From Candidatus Multivoradales bacterium (lineage in GTDB: Bacteria; Acidobacteriota; Thermoanaerobaculia; Multivoradales; JAHEKO01): 64,000 nt of DNA. Position numbers and translations under genes: made by a program. Positions 54,313 to 62,694 of this stretch are shown here, piece after piece. Under the pieces are notes generated by a model. That model was not told the origin of the DNA, did not search any database, and saw only the letters and a list, made by a program, of their open reading frames with translations. The stretch spans positions 448,001-512,000 of the forward strand of contig CBDFIJ010000004.1 in the NCBI GenBank assembly GCA_965248055.1. The letters run 5' to 3'. Position 1 is the stretch's first letter. Each line of letters starts with the position of its first letter.

Positions 54313-56010
54313 TTGATGCGCGGCTTCCGGTTCCCAACCCCGCTGCCCCAACTGCGCCACTGCGCCCCGGGTCGGTTTCCCCTGGTGATCGGCGTCGCTC
54401 TGAGTGTCCTGGTGCTAACTAGCTGCGAAACAGCGAAACCCATGAAGGTGGCCCAGTCGAAAACGGCGACTACGGTGGAGTCCACTCGACCCATCTCGCC
54501 CCCTGCCCAGGAGGCGAGACCATCGACCCAAGTTGCGAACCCTGGATCCCAGCACAGTTCGGTCGCAGTTTCGGTTGCGGTGCCGGAGGCCCTGATCGCC
54601 ACCGCCTCGGACTGGTACGGGCTCTACATACAAGACACCAAAGTCGGGTTCCTGCATCGGCAGCGTGGGCCGGTGCAAACAGCCTCGGGCGAGTCGACCA
54701 TCGAACTGCGTGAGGATTTCGAAATCCACGCTCTGGTCCTGGGCGGTGAACGCTCAACCAAAATCAGCGAATATCAGCAATTCTTGGCCCAACCCCCGCA
54801 CCTGCTGCACTCTGCAACCTCAGAAACCATCCAGGGTGATGACCGAAGACTGATTCGCGTTGTGCGCACTCAAGACGGCTATGACGCCGAGATCTGCGAG
54901 GCCGACGGTTGTCGCTCGCATGCGCCAGGTATCGATCGCTATACCCTTTCCGACGCGCTGGCCGCCGAAATTTGGATTCGCTCCCATCCCCAGGAAGGCA
55001 CCTCGATCGGCACTGACTCTCTGCTTCTCGGAGATCTCAAACGTAGTCGGGACCAGGTCACTCTGTCGGCCTATCGCTCGACCTTCCTTGACGGACTTCA
55101 GGTCGACTACGCAGAAATTCAGTTTGAAGATCAAGCCAGCGGTATCTCTGGAACCATGCGCATGACGCCTGAAGGCCGCCTACTTGCGGGCACTCTCGCC
55201 GGTGCCTTTGATATCCAATTGGAATCGGAACAGGCCGCCCGCACCTTGGAGGACACCACTGACTTATTCTTGGCGCAAGCAGTACGCGTGGACCAACCGC
55301 TGGGAGAGCTAGAGGAAATTACGGCGATGACTCTGGCGCTGGAGTTCCAGGAGGGTGTCGTTCTTCCATCTAGTCAATACCAATCGTGGTCGTGCACTGA
55401 TCAGGCTTGCCAGTTGCGATTGGGAGCAACCACATCGGCGGGTGCCGAGGATCCTGATTCCCCAGGCAGCCAGACCAGAGACAGTCAGTCCAAAGACGGT
55501 GACTCCAGAGATAGTGAGATCCAAGAAGCTCTGGAAGCGACGGTCAGCCTGCCAACCCAGATTCCAGCAATTCGGGACCTGGCCAAGCGTGCAGTCTCTG
55601 CCGACCTCAGCCAGCGTCAGCAGGTCGAGGAGCTGGTTCACTTTGTCTCCGACTACATCGAAGACTCCTACTTTGCCGAACCGCTTTCGGTGACTGATCT
55701 GATCGACGACCCTCGTGGTGATTGCACCGAGCATTCGATGTTGTTCATCACCCTGGCGCGTTCGCTCGGCATTCCGGCGCGAGAGGTCACCGGGCTGCTC
55801 TACACCGGTGACCTGAGCCAGTCTTTCGGCGGTCATGCCTGGGCCGAAGTTTTCGTTGACCATGCGTGGTTGGAGGTAGACCCAACCTGGGATGAGATTC
55901 CGCCCAACGCCGGACATATCCGTCTCGGCCATCGCTTGGGAGACACCGTGGCACTGCAAGCCGCTCTGGCGGGCGCTACGTTGCGGCTAGTCGAAGTGGA
56001 GCGTCGATAG
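54313..56010 (+). CDS. Transglutaminase-like (Cys-His-Asp) lipoprotein
   Basis: Lipobox LTSC, GDCTEH, GIPAR, HAWAEV, DPTW; start uncertain. Confidence 0.85.
   Translation: MMRGFRFPTPLPQLRHCAPGRFPLVIGVALSVLVLTSCETAKPMKVAQSKTATTVESTRPISPPAQEARPSTQVANPGSQHSSVAVSVAVPEALIATASDWYGLYIQDTKVGFLHRQRGPVQTASGESTIELREDFEIHALVLGGERSTKISEYQQFLAQPPHLLHSATSETIQGDDRRLIRVVRTQDGYDAEICEADGCRSHAPGIDRYTLSDALAAEIWIRSHPQEGTSIGTDSLLLGDLKRSRDQVTLSAYRSTFLDGLQVDYAEIQFEDQASGISGTMRMTPEGRLLAGTLAGAFDIQLESEQAARTLEDTTDLFLAQAVRVDQPLGELEEITAMTLALEFQEGVVLPSSQYQSWSCTDQACQLRLGATTSAGAEDPDSPGSQTRDSQSKDGDSRDSEIQEALEATVSLPTQIPAIRDLAKRAVSADLSQRQQVEELVHFVSDYIEDSYFAEPLSVTDLIDDPRGDCTEHSMLFITLARSLGIPAREVTGLLYTGDLSQSFGGHAWAEVFVDHAWLEVDPTWDEIPPNAGHIRLGHRLGDTVALQAALAGATLRLVEVERR
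55467..55526 (+). repeat. Four degenerate in-frame 15-nt tandem units
   Basis: cagccagaccagaga / cagtcagtccaaaga / cggtgactccagaga / tagtgagatccaaga. Confidence 0.65.
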
Positions 56011-56084
56011 CGTTGGGATATCCCGGAGTCCGGGAGAAGGGTTCCACTGCTCGATACCTCGGTGGTTGCACGGTCGCACCTCCA

Positions 56085-56819
56085 CTAAGGAGAGACAGCC
56101 GGCGAACGGAGATCGCCTGCGGCCAGCTTGCGCCCCAGCACCCGTTCAAAGTGGCCAACCAAACAATCAGCCACCTCTGGCAGCGACGGAGCTGTACCCA
56201 GCTCCTGCGCGATAGACGTCATCTGCACGCCCTGCAGTCCGCAGGCAACGATGCCCTGAAAATAAGACAGATCGGTGCTGACGTTGAGCGCGAATCCATG
56301 GGTGGTAATCCAGCGGCTCAAATGAACCCCAATGGAAGCAATCTTGCGTGCGCCAACCCAAACACCAATCTCAGCTTGCTGGTGGCGAGCGTGAGCCTCA
56401 ATACCAAAGTCGCCAAGCATTGCTACCAACATCTCTTGCAAGCGATCAACGTACTGGCGAATATCGCGCTCGGCCCCCAGATCGAGAATCGGATAACCAA
56501 CCAGCTGTCCCGGTCCGTGGTAGGTAACTTGCCCACCGCGGTCGGTTTCATAAACCTCAACTCCGCGACTGGCGAGCCACTCTTTAGGCATCACGATGTC
56601 GTCCTGCGAGGCGCTGCGGCCCAGAGTGTAGACGTGCGAATGCTCCAGCATCACCAAGGCTTCAGGGCCCCCTTGGCGTAGTTGCTCGCGCAACTTTTCT
56701 TGCAAGGTAAGACCCGCGGCGTAGGAAATCAGACCGAGCCACTGCCAGGCGGTGCTGGTAGTTTTTTCCAACCCGGGCGAGCGACTAGAGATAGGGATCG
56801 AGCTCGTTCCAGCTTTCAT
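56085..56819 (-). CDS. lipB: Octanoyltransferase LipB
   Basis: LEH..VYTLGR, RGGQVTYHGPGQLVGYP, KIASIG, HGFALN, ACG; start may be TTG 56771. Confidence 0.95.
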   Translation of the reverse strand: MKAGTSSIPISSRSPGLEKTTSTAWQWLGLISYAAGLTLQEKLREQLRQGGPEALVMLEHSHVYTLGRSASQDDIVMPKEWLASRGVEVYETDRGGQVTYHGPGQLVGYPILDLGAERDIRQYVDRLQEMLVAMLGDFGIEAHARHQQAEIGVWVGARKIASIGVHLSRWITTHGFALNVSTDLSYFQGIVACGLQGVQMTSIAQELGTAPSLPEVADCLVGHFERVLGRKLAAGDLRSPAVSP

Positions 56820-58425
56820 TCGCCAGTGTGTGGCGGATGTCGTTCATAAAGTGGTCGGCATCTGCGCCATCGACCAGACGATGGTCATAGGTGATCGCCA
56901 TGTAACACATGGTTTTGATCGCGATGGTGTCATTGCCCTCACTGTCCGTGACCACCACCGGCCGCTTCTCAATCGCCCCCAATCCCAAAATCGCCACCTG
57001 TGGTTGATTGATAATCGGGGTGCCAAACAGACTGCCGTAGACGCCGGGATTGGTAACGGTAAACGTTCCACCCTGGATGTCGTCCGGCGACAGTTTCTTG
57101 GAACGTGCTTGGGCCGCCAGGTCGTTGGCCTGTTTTGCCAAGCCCAAGAGCGATAACTGATCAGCGTTCTTGATCACCGGGACGATTAAGCCCCAATCCA
57201 ACGCCACCGCCATACCCAAATTAATGTCGCGCTTGAATACGATGTTGGTTCCGTCAATCGAGGCGTTGAGCTTACGGTGGCTCTTGAGAGCATTGGCAAT
57301 CGCCCGAAAGATAAACGGCATGTAGCTCAGCTTGGTGTCCTGAGCTGCCTCAAACTTCTCCTTGGCTTGCTTGCGAATGCGCGCCACCCGAGACATGTCG
57401 ACGTGAAACAGGGTCGTCACGTGCGCCGCAGTCGATTTGGAGTAGGACATGTGCGCCGCGGTGATCTGTCGAATTCTCGACATTGGCTCAATCTCGACGT
57501 TGTCGTTGGGACCATACGGCGCGACGTAGAAGTCGCCACTCGAGCGGGTAGTTGGTGGGGGCACTGCCCGTTTGGCCGGGAGTCCGACCTTAGCCGGGGC
57601 TTGCTCAACCACCGACTGAGCGGCTGGAGCAGGGGAAACCACCACTTGCGCCGCTTGCGCCGGAGCTGGCTGGGTCGTCGTCGGAACTGCTGGCGTTGGG
57701 GTCGCCTGGGTTGGAGCGGGGCTGGTTGGGGCAACCGGGTCAGGTACTGGAGCAGAGCTGGGCAACGGAGCGGGTGCTACCGGCTGAATAATCTGATCCG
57801 CCGCCGCACTCACCCCAGAAACTTCTGCGGGTGAAGGTGTGGGAAGTACAACCGCCGCTTCTCCACTCTTCGCAATGTAGCGCTCGACGTCTGCTTTGGT
57901 CACCCGGCCATGGATCCCAGTGCCGGGGATTGCGCTGATGTCCAGTCCGTGTTGTTCGGCCATCTTGCGCACCACCGGTGACGAGTGGGTACGTACCCGC
58001 TCCACCTCACGCGCAGACTCGGGAGCGGAAGGGGCAGTCCCTTGCGTAGCTACAGGCGCAACCGCCATGGGTTCGACAGCCACTGGTTGCACTACCACAG
58101 GTTGTCCGATCATTGGGTCAGCCACCACAGCTTCCGCGACCGGCTCAACCGCAACCACTGGTGCGGTGGGAGCGGTCGCCTGCTCACCGGCTTCGCCGAT
58201 TAGAGCCACCACTTCATCTACCGGCACCGTCGTGCCTTCCGGGTAGCGAATCTCCAACAACACGCCGTCTCCAGGACTGGGAATTTCCGCATCCACTTTG
58301 TCGGTCGATATTTCAAACAGCGGTTGATCGCGCTCGACCCGCTCACCAACTTGGGCCATCCAGCGGGTAATCGTGCCCTCAGCTACCGACTCCCCCATTT
58401 GGGGCATCACCACTTCCGTCGCCAT
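56785..58425 (-). CDS. 2-oxoacid dehydrogenase E2 dihydrolipoamide acyltransferase
   Basis: Lipoyl domain STDKVD, PSBD SPVVRK...GTG..GRVTK.D, catalytic YDHRLVDG, Pro/Ala/Val-rich linkers. Confidence 0.95.
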   Translation of the reverse strand: MATEVVMPQMGESVAEGTITRWMAQVGERVERDQPLFEISTDKVDAEIPSPGDGVLLEIRYPEGTTVPVDEVVALIGEAGEQATAPTAPVVAVEPVAEAVVADPMIGQPVVVQPVAVEPMAVAPVATQGTAPSAPESAREVERVRTHSSPVVRKMAEQHGLDISAIPGTGIHGRVTKADVERYIAKSGEAAVVLPTPSPAEVSGVSAAADQIIQPVAPAPLPSSAPVPDPVAPTSPAPTQATPTPAVPTTTQPAPAQAAQVVVSPAPAAQSVVEQAPAKVGLPAKRAVPPPTTRSSGDFYVAPYGPNDNVEIEPMSRIRQITAAHMSYSKSTAAHVTTLFHVDMSRVARIRKQAKEKFEAAQDTKLSYMPFIFRAIANALKSHRKLNASIDGTNIVFKRDINLGMAVALDWGLIVPVIKNADQLSLLGLAKQANDLAAQARSKKLSPDDIQGGTFTVTNPGVYGSLFGTPIINQPQVAILGLGAIEKRPVVVTDSEGNDTIAIKTMCYMAITYDHRLVDGADADHFMNDIRHTLANESWNELDPYL

Positions 58426-58553
58426 GTTCTTCTCCAAAATTGCCGTATTTAGATCCACCCAACGACCTGTTGGGTGGCCAAGCAGGGCAATAGGCTAGCA
58501 CGCTCTCGCCCGACGAAAACGCTTTGGTTGAACGTCAGGGACTCGCCGCGACG

Positions 58554-59267
58554 CTAGCTTCGCTGGGTCGCCGAGTGGGGTTTGGAAGGCTCGCGTCCCG
58601 CCCCTTGCATCGTCACCACTTTCTTGTCGGCGCTCGGCTTTTCGGCGTTCGCTGTGCTTTGAGCCTGGGCGTCACTGCGCCCGCCGGCAATCGTTCTCTG
58701 CGCCGATTCTGATGCAGGAGTCGCGACAGCCTTCTTCGGTTGTTCAACGACAACCTGCTCCTTGACCGCGATTCGAGCAATCTCGCCCTCGATCTGGGCT
58801 CCTTTGGCGATTGAAATTGAATCCCGGTAGAGCAACCGTCCGGCACCCTTGGCACTGGGACCGACCTCGATCTCTTGGGCCTCAAGCACTCCGTTGAACT
58901 CACCATCGACATGAATCTTGCCGCGTGCACTCACTTTTCCACCGCCGAATTTGCCGGTGATGGTGACGTCTGAACCGGCAACAATGTCACCGCCTTTGAG
59001 TTCACCCTGAATACTGACACTTCCTTCTTTGGTGGTGATTCCACCCTTACACACACCCTTGATGACGATGTTGGAGTCGGTCTCTGAAGTGATATTACCT
59101 TCTACCTCACCACTCAATTCCATATCGCAATCGACTTGCACATCACCGGCCATGCGACTGCCTTTGAGAATGCGATTCACGGTCCGTTGGCCAGTCGTAC
59201 TCTTGGGAGCTGGAACGGGGCCTGAAACAACTGGTTCGTGTTGCGGTGAATCCTGTCTGTTGAACAT
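58554..59267 (-). CDS. Bactofilin (polymer-forming cytoskeletal protein)
   Basis: GGAGG RBS, MFN start, beta-helix repeats G.V.G.I ... SIAKGAQIEGEI. Confidence 0.85.
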   Translation of the reverse strand: MFNRQDSPQHEPVVSGPVPAPKSTTGQRTVNRILKGSRMAGDVQVDCDMELSGEVEGNITSETDSNIVIKGVCKGGITTKEGSVSIQGELKGGDIVAGSDVTITGKFGGGKVSARGKIHVDGEFNGVLEAQEIEVGPSAKGAGRLLYRDSISIAKGAQIEGEIARIAVKEQVVVEQPKKAVATPASESAQRTIAGGRSDAQAQSTANAEKPSADKKVVTMQGAGREPSKPHSATQRS

Positions 59268-59498
59268 TTTGACCTCCAGATTTTGGCGCGGTTTGAGCCC
59301 GACGAGGCGCCCGCAATGGATCTCGCACCCTAGATCAAATCTAGCCCGGTGGCAATTGGATAGATCACGAACCAGCAAAGAGTGCGAACTGAGCCTCTAT
59401 TAGTGAAAAAATAGGGTCATTTCGTATTTCTGCAGCCAGCCTCAAACTCATGCCTCTTGGAGCATTGGAGTGATTCCACTCAATCTGAAATTCACTTC

Positions 59499-60191
59499 CT
59501 AGCGTTGAACAATCGCCGGTGGGCAAGCCGTGGTGTTCAGCGCATCCATCCACCCACGCCCGGCCAACACCACACTCCGATTGGTAAACCCGTGCCAGTA
59601 GGCAGTGACACTGACCGCAGTAGCAACCAGAAAGGGCAGGTTAAGCCCGAACTCGGGAGTCATCTTGATCGACGCCTGAACATCATTCACGCTGGGCAGC
59701 AATCCCCGGGTCGGATGGTGGGTGTGCACCCAAGCTGCGGCTCCCGGCGGTGGATCCCAGAGGTGAACATGTGGCCCTTTATGGCGACGCCCCGAACTCC
59801 AATCCGGATGATCCGTTCCGTCGTGAACCATCACCGTCGAAGAACTTCCGCCCACATAGCCAGCGGCTTCCAAAGTAGCACTCGGGCTCCCATCAGTAGC
59901 GTGCGAAGCCCGAACAATGCAAGCGATCCTCTGTGAAGTCTGATCGAAGAGCCCTTTCAGCACCGCGTTGGCTGCTCGCGAACTGAGCCTTCGACCTCCC
60001 AGGCCGTCGGCTTGAAACTGAGCGATATCAAACGAAGCTCGTGGCGGTTCGACGACTTTGACAGAGGGAGATGATTCCGACACTGCCTGCCGAACCACCG
60101 CCGCGGGCACCAAACTTCGCAACGGAACCTCATCAATGGCGGCAAGAGAAAGCAGTGTACTGGTCAAAAGCCCGATGAGGGATTTGGTCAT
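59499..60191 (-). CDS. Secreted hypothetical protein with JAB/MPN-like metal motif
   Basis: Signal-peptide-like N-terminus; WVHTHHPTRGLLPSVND. Confidence 0.55.
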   Translation of the reverse strand: MTKSLIGLLTSTLLSLAAIDEVPLRSLVPAAVVRQAVSESSPSVKVVEPPRASFDIAQFQADGLGGRRLSSRAANAVLKGLFDQTSQRIACIVRASHATDGSPSATLEAAGYVGGSSSTVMVHDGTDHPDWSSGRRHKGPHVHLWDPPPGAAAWVHTHHPTRGLLPSVNDVQASIKMTPEFGLNLPFLVATAVSVTAYWHGFTNRSVVLAGRGWMDALNTTACPPAIVQR

Positions 60192-60303
60192 TTGCCTCGC
60201 GCCCTAGAGACTTCGGCGGCGCTGCTACCCGTCCTCTAGAACTACTCTTGACTACGCCACGAGCGTCGCGAATGTTTTCGAGTTTTGCAAATATCTCCAT
60301 TAG

Positions 60304-60316
60304 AATCAATAAGTTA
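60304..60316 (+). promoter_or_regulatory. IHF consensus site
   Basis: AATCAATAAGTTA matches WATCAANNNNTTR in an AT-rich divergent intergenic region. Confidence 0.45.
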
Positions 60317-60561
60317 CAAACGCTAATGCGCCTATCGAAACGCTAGCGATACCCGATCCAATCTACGGAAATGGTCGACAAGGGTGCGATCTACCGCGTT
60401 TCGGATTCCTCCCATGGTCCCGTGATCAAGATCAAGCGAGCCACCCTGAGTCGCCACTCGATCCCCGCGGGCCATTCTGTTCGCCAGCTAGATCTCGGAC
60501 GTCGCCACAGAATGCCGCATTAGGACTTCTGCAATACCTCTGCGGCTGTTATGTTGCGCCG

Positions 60562-61494
60562 ATGTCACCACTAGCCTGGAGGACCAGCCTACGAACCGCT
60601 GTCGTGGCGATGGTTTGCCTAGCATGCTTTGGCTGCACACCTACCCTTGAGTTCGTCGGGGTTCGACTGTTCTATGACCGAGCGCCTGAAGTCGAACGGA
60701 TCGACGACATCGCCTATCGACCAGAAAGTGACCATCCCAAGCATCGCCTGGACTTATTCAAACCGAATGGGACCGACTGGCCGACACTGGTCTTTGTCCA
60801 CGGTGGGGGTTGGACCGGCGGAGATAAGGGTCTGGTTGTCAGTGGGGCTGATGTCTACGCCAACATTGGCCGTTTCTATGCCGCTCGTGGGTTTGGCGTC
60901 GCTTTGGTTAACTATCGACTACAGCCCGAGGTCACATGGCGCGAGCAAGTCGATGACGTCGCCACCGCGGTGCAATGGCTAAACACCCATCTAGCTGAAT
61001 ATGGCGGCAACCGTAACGCGCTGTTTCTCTCCGGACACTCCGCTGGGGCGCAACTGGTGGCACGGGTCGCGGTCGACGATCAACTCACTGCTCCCTTTGC
61101 TTCGGCAATCTGTGGCGTGATTCCCGTCAGCGGAGCCGGCTACGACTTGGCAGACCAGCGCACCTACCAGTTGGACGCTGAACCCGACTACTACGAACAA
61201 CGATTCCGCGCCGACGATCCCACCGACAACTGGCTGAGGGAAGCCAGCACCACCCCGTGGGTGGACGAAGACGACCCACCTTTCCTACTTCTCTATTCGT
61301 TACGCGAATGGAAAGCCTTGGGTCATCAAAACCATCTGCTCGGAGACGCGATCAAAGCGGTAGGAGGTCGGGCGAGCGTGGTACCCATCCAAGGGCAGAA
61401 TCATGGGCGGATGCTTCTAGCGATGACCCGACAGCGCACTCCAGTCTCCGATCAAGTCTTAGAATTTTTGCGAGCTACCAACTGCCCGCGTTAG
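60562..61494 (+). CDS. Alpha/beta hydrolase (HSL-like esterase), probable lipoprotein
   Basis: HGGGW, NYRL.P, GHSAG, lipobox-like LACFGC. Confidence 0.9.
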   Translation: MSPLAWRTSLRTAVVAMVCLACFGCTPTLEFVGVRLFYDRAPEVERIDDIAYRPESDHPKHRLDLFKPNGTDWPTLVFVHGGGWTGGDKGLVVSGADVYANIGRFYAARGFGVALVNYRLQPEVTWREQVDDVATAVQWLNTHLAEYGGNRNALFLSGHSAGAQLVARVAVDDQLTAPFASAICGVIPVSGAGYDLADQRTYQLDAEPDYYEQRFRADDPTDNWLREASTTPWVDEDDPPFLLLYSLREWKALGHQNHLLGDAIKAVGGRASVVPIQGQNHGRMLLAMTRQRTPVSDQVLEFLRATNCPR

Positions 61495-61612
61495 CGACTA
61501 GCAGCCCACGCTTGCAATCGCGCGGCTTGGTTTCACCCAACGCAAGCCGACGCCTTTGGGGCCCCGGCGTATTGTTGGTTTTTCGACCAGTGCTCGTCTG
61601 ACCCAGGATCTG

Positions 61613-61808
61613 AACTCTACGGGCTCTGGAGAGTGCGCTCTATGAGCGCCGCCCAGAGCCTGGCAGGCTCCTGACCATTCTGATCGCGGCAGCCAGTACG
61701 CTGCGTCTGACTATCGCATGAAACTAGAAGATTCCCGCATTACGGTGAGTATGAGCCGCAAGGGCAACTGCTGGGACAACGCGCCGATGGAGAACTTCTT
61801 TGGCAGCT
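61613..61808 (+). pseudogene. IS3-family transposase OrfB fragment
   Basis: ALESALYERRP..G / frameshift / HSDRGSQY...SMSRKGNCWDNAPMENFFGS. Confidence 0.85.
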
Positions 61809-62694
61809 TCCCCGCTTCGGCTATCGTCGTTTGCACGCGCTTCTGGTTAGGGAAGACTTTCATGTCAATCACAAGCGGATCCACCGAATATATCGCGAAG
61901 AGCAATTGATGCTTGGTCGTCGCAAACGCAAGAAAGTGGCAGTGTGTTCACGCCGCTGCCGCAAGGATCCCAGTGCTGCGAACCATCGATAGTCGGCGGA
62001 CTATGTATCCGATAGCTTGTCGTCGGGTCGCAAGTTTAGGACCTTGAATCCAGTAGATGACTATGAGCGGACATGCTTGGCGATTGAAGTCGACACGTCG
62101 ATTTCGACCAACCGCGTTACCAGAGTCCTAGCAGCCTGCTGAAAAAGTCGCAGATTTGGCGGTTTGAGGATCAATCTTGCACGACCGTCGGCGTAAGTCC
62201 TTTGTTTTGGTCTTCTGAACGAGCCATCTCAGGTTTTTCGGCACCCTCAAAATCGGTTTTCAGCAGGCTCCTAGATCGAGTGATCGAGCTACGGGGCGCT
62301 TAGCCGAAGAACATCGTCTTTGATAACCGGCCAGCGCCAAGAGCCAAGAAGGTTGACAAGTGGGCCTACCGGAACGGGATTGAGCTGGACTTTATGCGCC
62401 CTGGTAAGCCCGTGGATAACTGCATTGTAGAGAGCTTCAACGGCAAGTTTCGAGGCGAGTGCCTGAATATGCATTGGTTTGCCTGGCTCGCCGAAGCAAG
62501 GAGTCTTATCGAGGATTGGAGGATCGATTTCAACCAACAAAGACCTCACGGTTCGCTGGGATATACACCCCAAGTGAGTATGCCGCGCAGCAGGCGCTAC
62601 GGTCGACTACGTCGACCTTCGCACCCGTTGTCAAACGATCATGAAACCGGACGGATACTCTCATTATGATTGCGCGGACAAAGGGGGCAGGTCA
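61808..62694 (+). mobile_element. Decayed IS3-family (IS407-group-like) element, right part
   Basis: PRFGYRRL...NHKR..RIYREE, TAG at 61990 at the conserved Trp, VDDY.R.CLAIEV, RPGKP.DN..ESFNGKFR.ECLN, RPHGSLG; right end GGGGCAGGTCA at 62694. Confidence 0.85.
62132..62270. mobile_element. 139-bp MITE with 14-bp terminal inverted repeats and CTAG target duplication
   Basis: CTAG|CAGCCTGCTGAAAA ... TTTTCAGCAGGCTC|CTAG (13/14 match); removing it restores the RVLDRVIELRG frame. Confidence 0.88.

Noticed and set aside
60192-60561. tRNA or ncRNA in the long intergenic region
   Set aside because: No cloverleaf or T-loop signature and no convincing stems.
62411-62419. DnaA-box-like CGTGGATAA
   Set aside because: Falls in the transposase PVDN codons; coincidental.
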